NCBI RefSeq assembly: GCF_030144855.1
Contig: NC_082733.1
Span: 27,156,001-27,220,000, forward strand
Length of the DNA stretch: 64,000 nt
Direction of reading: 5' to 3'
Source: Hypanus sabinus
Lineage: Eukaryota
Shown: positions 63,161 to 64,000 of the stretch, piece by piece
Layout of the letters: every line of letters starts with the position of its first letter
How positions within the stretch are numbered: the stretch's first letter is position 1
Notes under the pieces: generated by a model
What the model saw: only the letters and a program-made list of their open reading frames with translations
What the model was told of the DNA's origin: nothing
Databases searched by the model: none
Program-made: the position numbers and the translations under genes

Positions 63161-64000
63161 CTACACAAAGGAATAAAATTTACCATTATTTAAAATGATA
63201 AATGGATTGGTCACAATATTGTTGAGTAGAAATAAGCAGAATTTATTTTGGAGTTAAAGTTTAGAATGGAGTCTTAGATTCATGACAACCCTGTGGGCAA
63301 ACTCAATTTGATACCTGGAATACCGCACACCCTGCCTAGTAAAACAAAGCATTTGATTCACCTGGTACCTCAATTCTTTAAACTTGACTTCAAAAGAAAG
63401 TAAAAGCATGACAAGAAGATGTTTCTAACTGGAGCTATGACGATAAATTGTCCAGTTAATCTTAAAAAAAATGCAAGCATTCAAGACAAAAGCTATGCCA
63501 TTTATATACAAGACTTCTGGATGTAGATGTGCACTCTGTTTAGAAAAACAAAGTTTACAGATAGGCAATTCTAAAAACAGCATAATGCCAGTAATCCAGT
63601 ATCCAACTGTTTTGCAAATTCCAATAGCTCGATATCTGGTTTACTCATTAGTACATAATGTGAGCAAAGATTGATTGCAATTGGGCAGTGCACCTGGAAC
63701 CACGGTTCCAATGTGTGAAATGGTGGTATGGATGGACCTGGAATTGGGAACGTGGGTAGATTTGCAAGATCCAAAGAACATGTACGCTTTAGCTTGTTTT
63801 GACAAGTCAAACAAGTCAAATTTCACCAAGTTCTATTTCTCACTCCCTTTACATTCAACAAGGCTCAGCTTCCCATGCACTTGAAATTCACAGAATTCAT
63901 TTTAAAAATGATTAACTATTGTACAGTTAAAATGTATTTTGGTATTAAAGAATAGACATCCAATAGTACAGAACATCTATTAGTCGGCAAAGTACTGAGG

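Noticed and set aside
63630-63884. Overlapping short ORFs near the window end
   Set aside because: No similarity to DMXL2 upstream exons or any motif I recognise; lengths are within chance expectation.

Overview
This is vertebrate genomic DNA, most likely from a cartilaginous fish (shark or ray), inferred from the repeat families present. The whole window lies inside one minus-strand gene, DMXL2 (rabconnectin-3 alpha, the WD40/Rav1p_C V-ATPase assembly scaffold). I traced 24 consecutive coding exons (63160 down to 170, 6714 nt, about 2237 codons). All have GT..AG boundaries and chain in phase; from memory of the human gene they correspond to exons ~5-28. The gene runs off both ends of the window. 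The introns are packed with transposable elements: a 4.7-kb 5'-truncated L1-clade LINE with a 14-bp TSD; several CR1, Rex1/Babar, RTE and L2 fragments; two Tc1 copies and a Tc1-type MITE split by a CR1; a Tigger/pogo derivative carrying a tRNA-SINE; a Harbinger derivative; a hAT MITE; a Gypsy LTR+gag stub; and V-SINE and Deu-SINE copies. I found no new protein-coding system. The best leads are: (1) a palindromic 344-bp TSD-flanked element carrying minimal hammerhead-ribozyme motifs (Penelope-like), where the host-sense copies are broken and intact cores occur only antisense; (2) a decayed intronic duplicate of exons 27/28 that could act as a 62-nt poison exon; (3) a rare GAG acceptor that appears to delete one conserved Gly; (4) an unexplained diverged ~250-bp duplication and a CpG-rich island.
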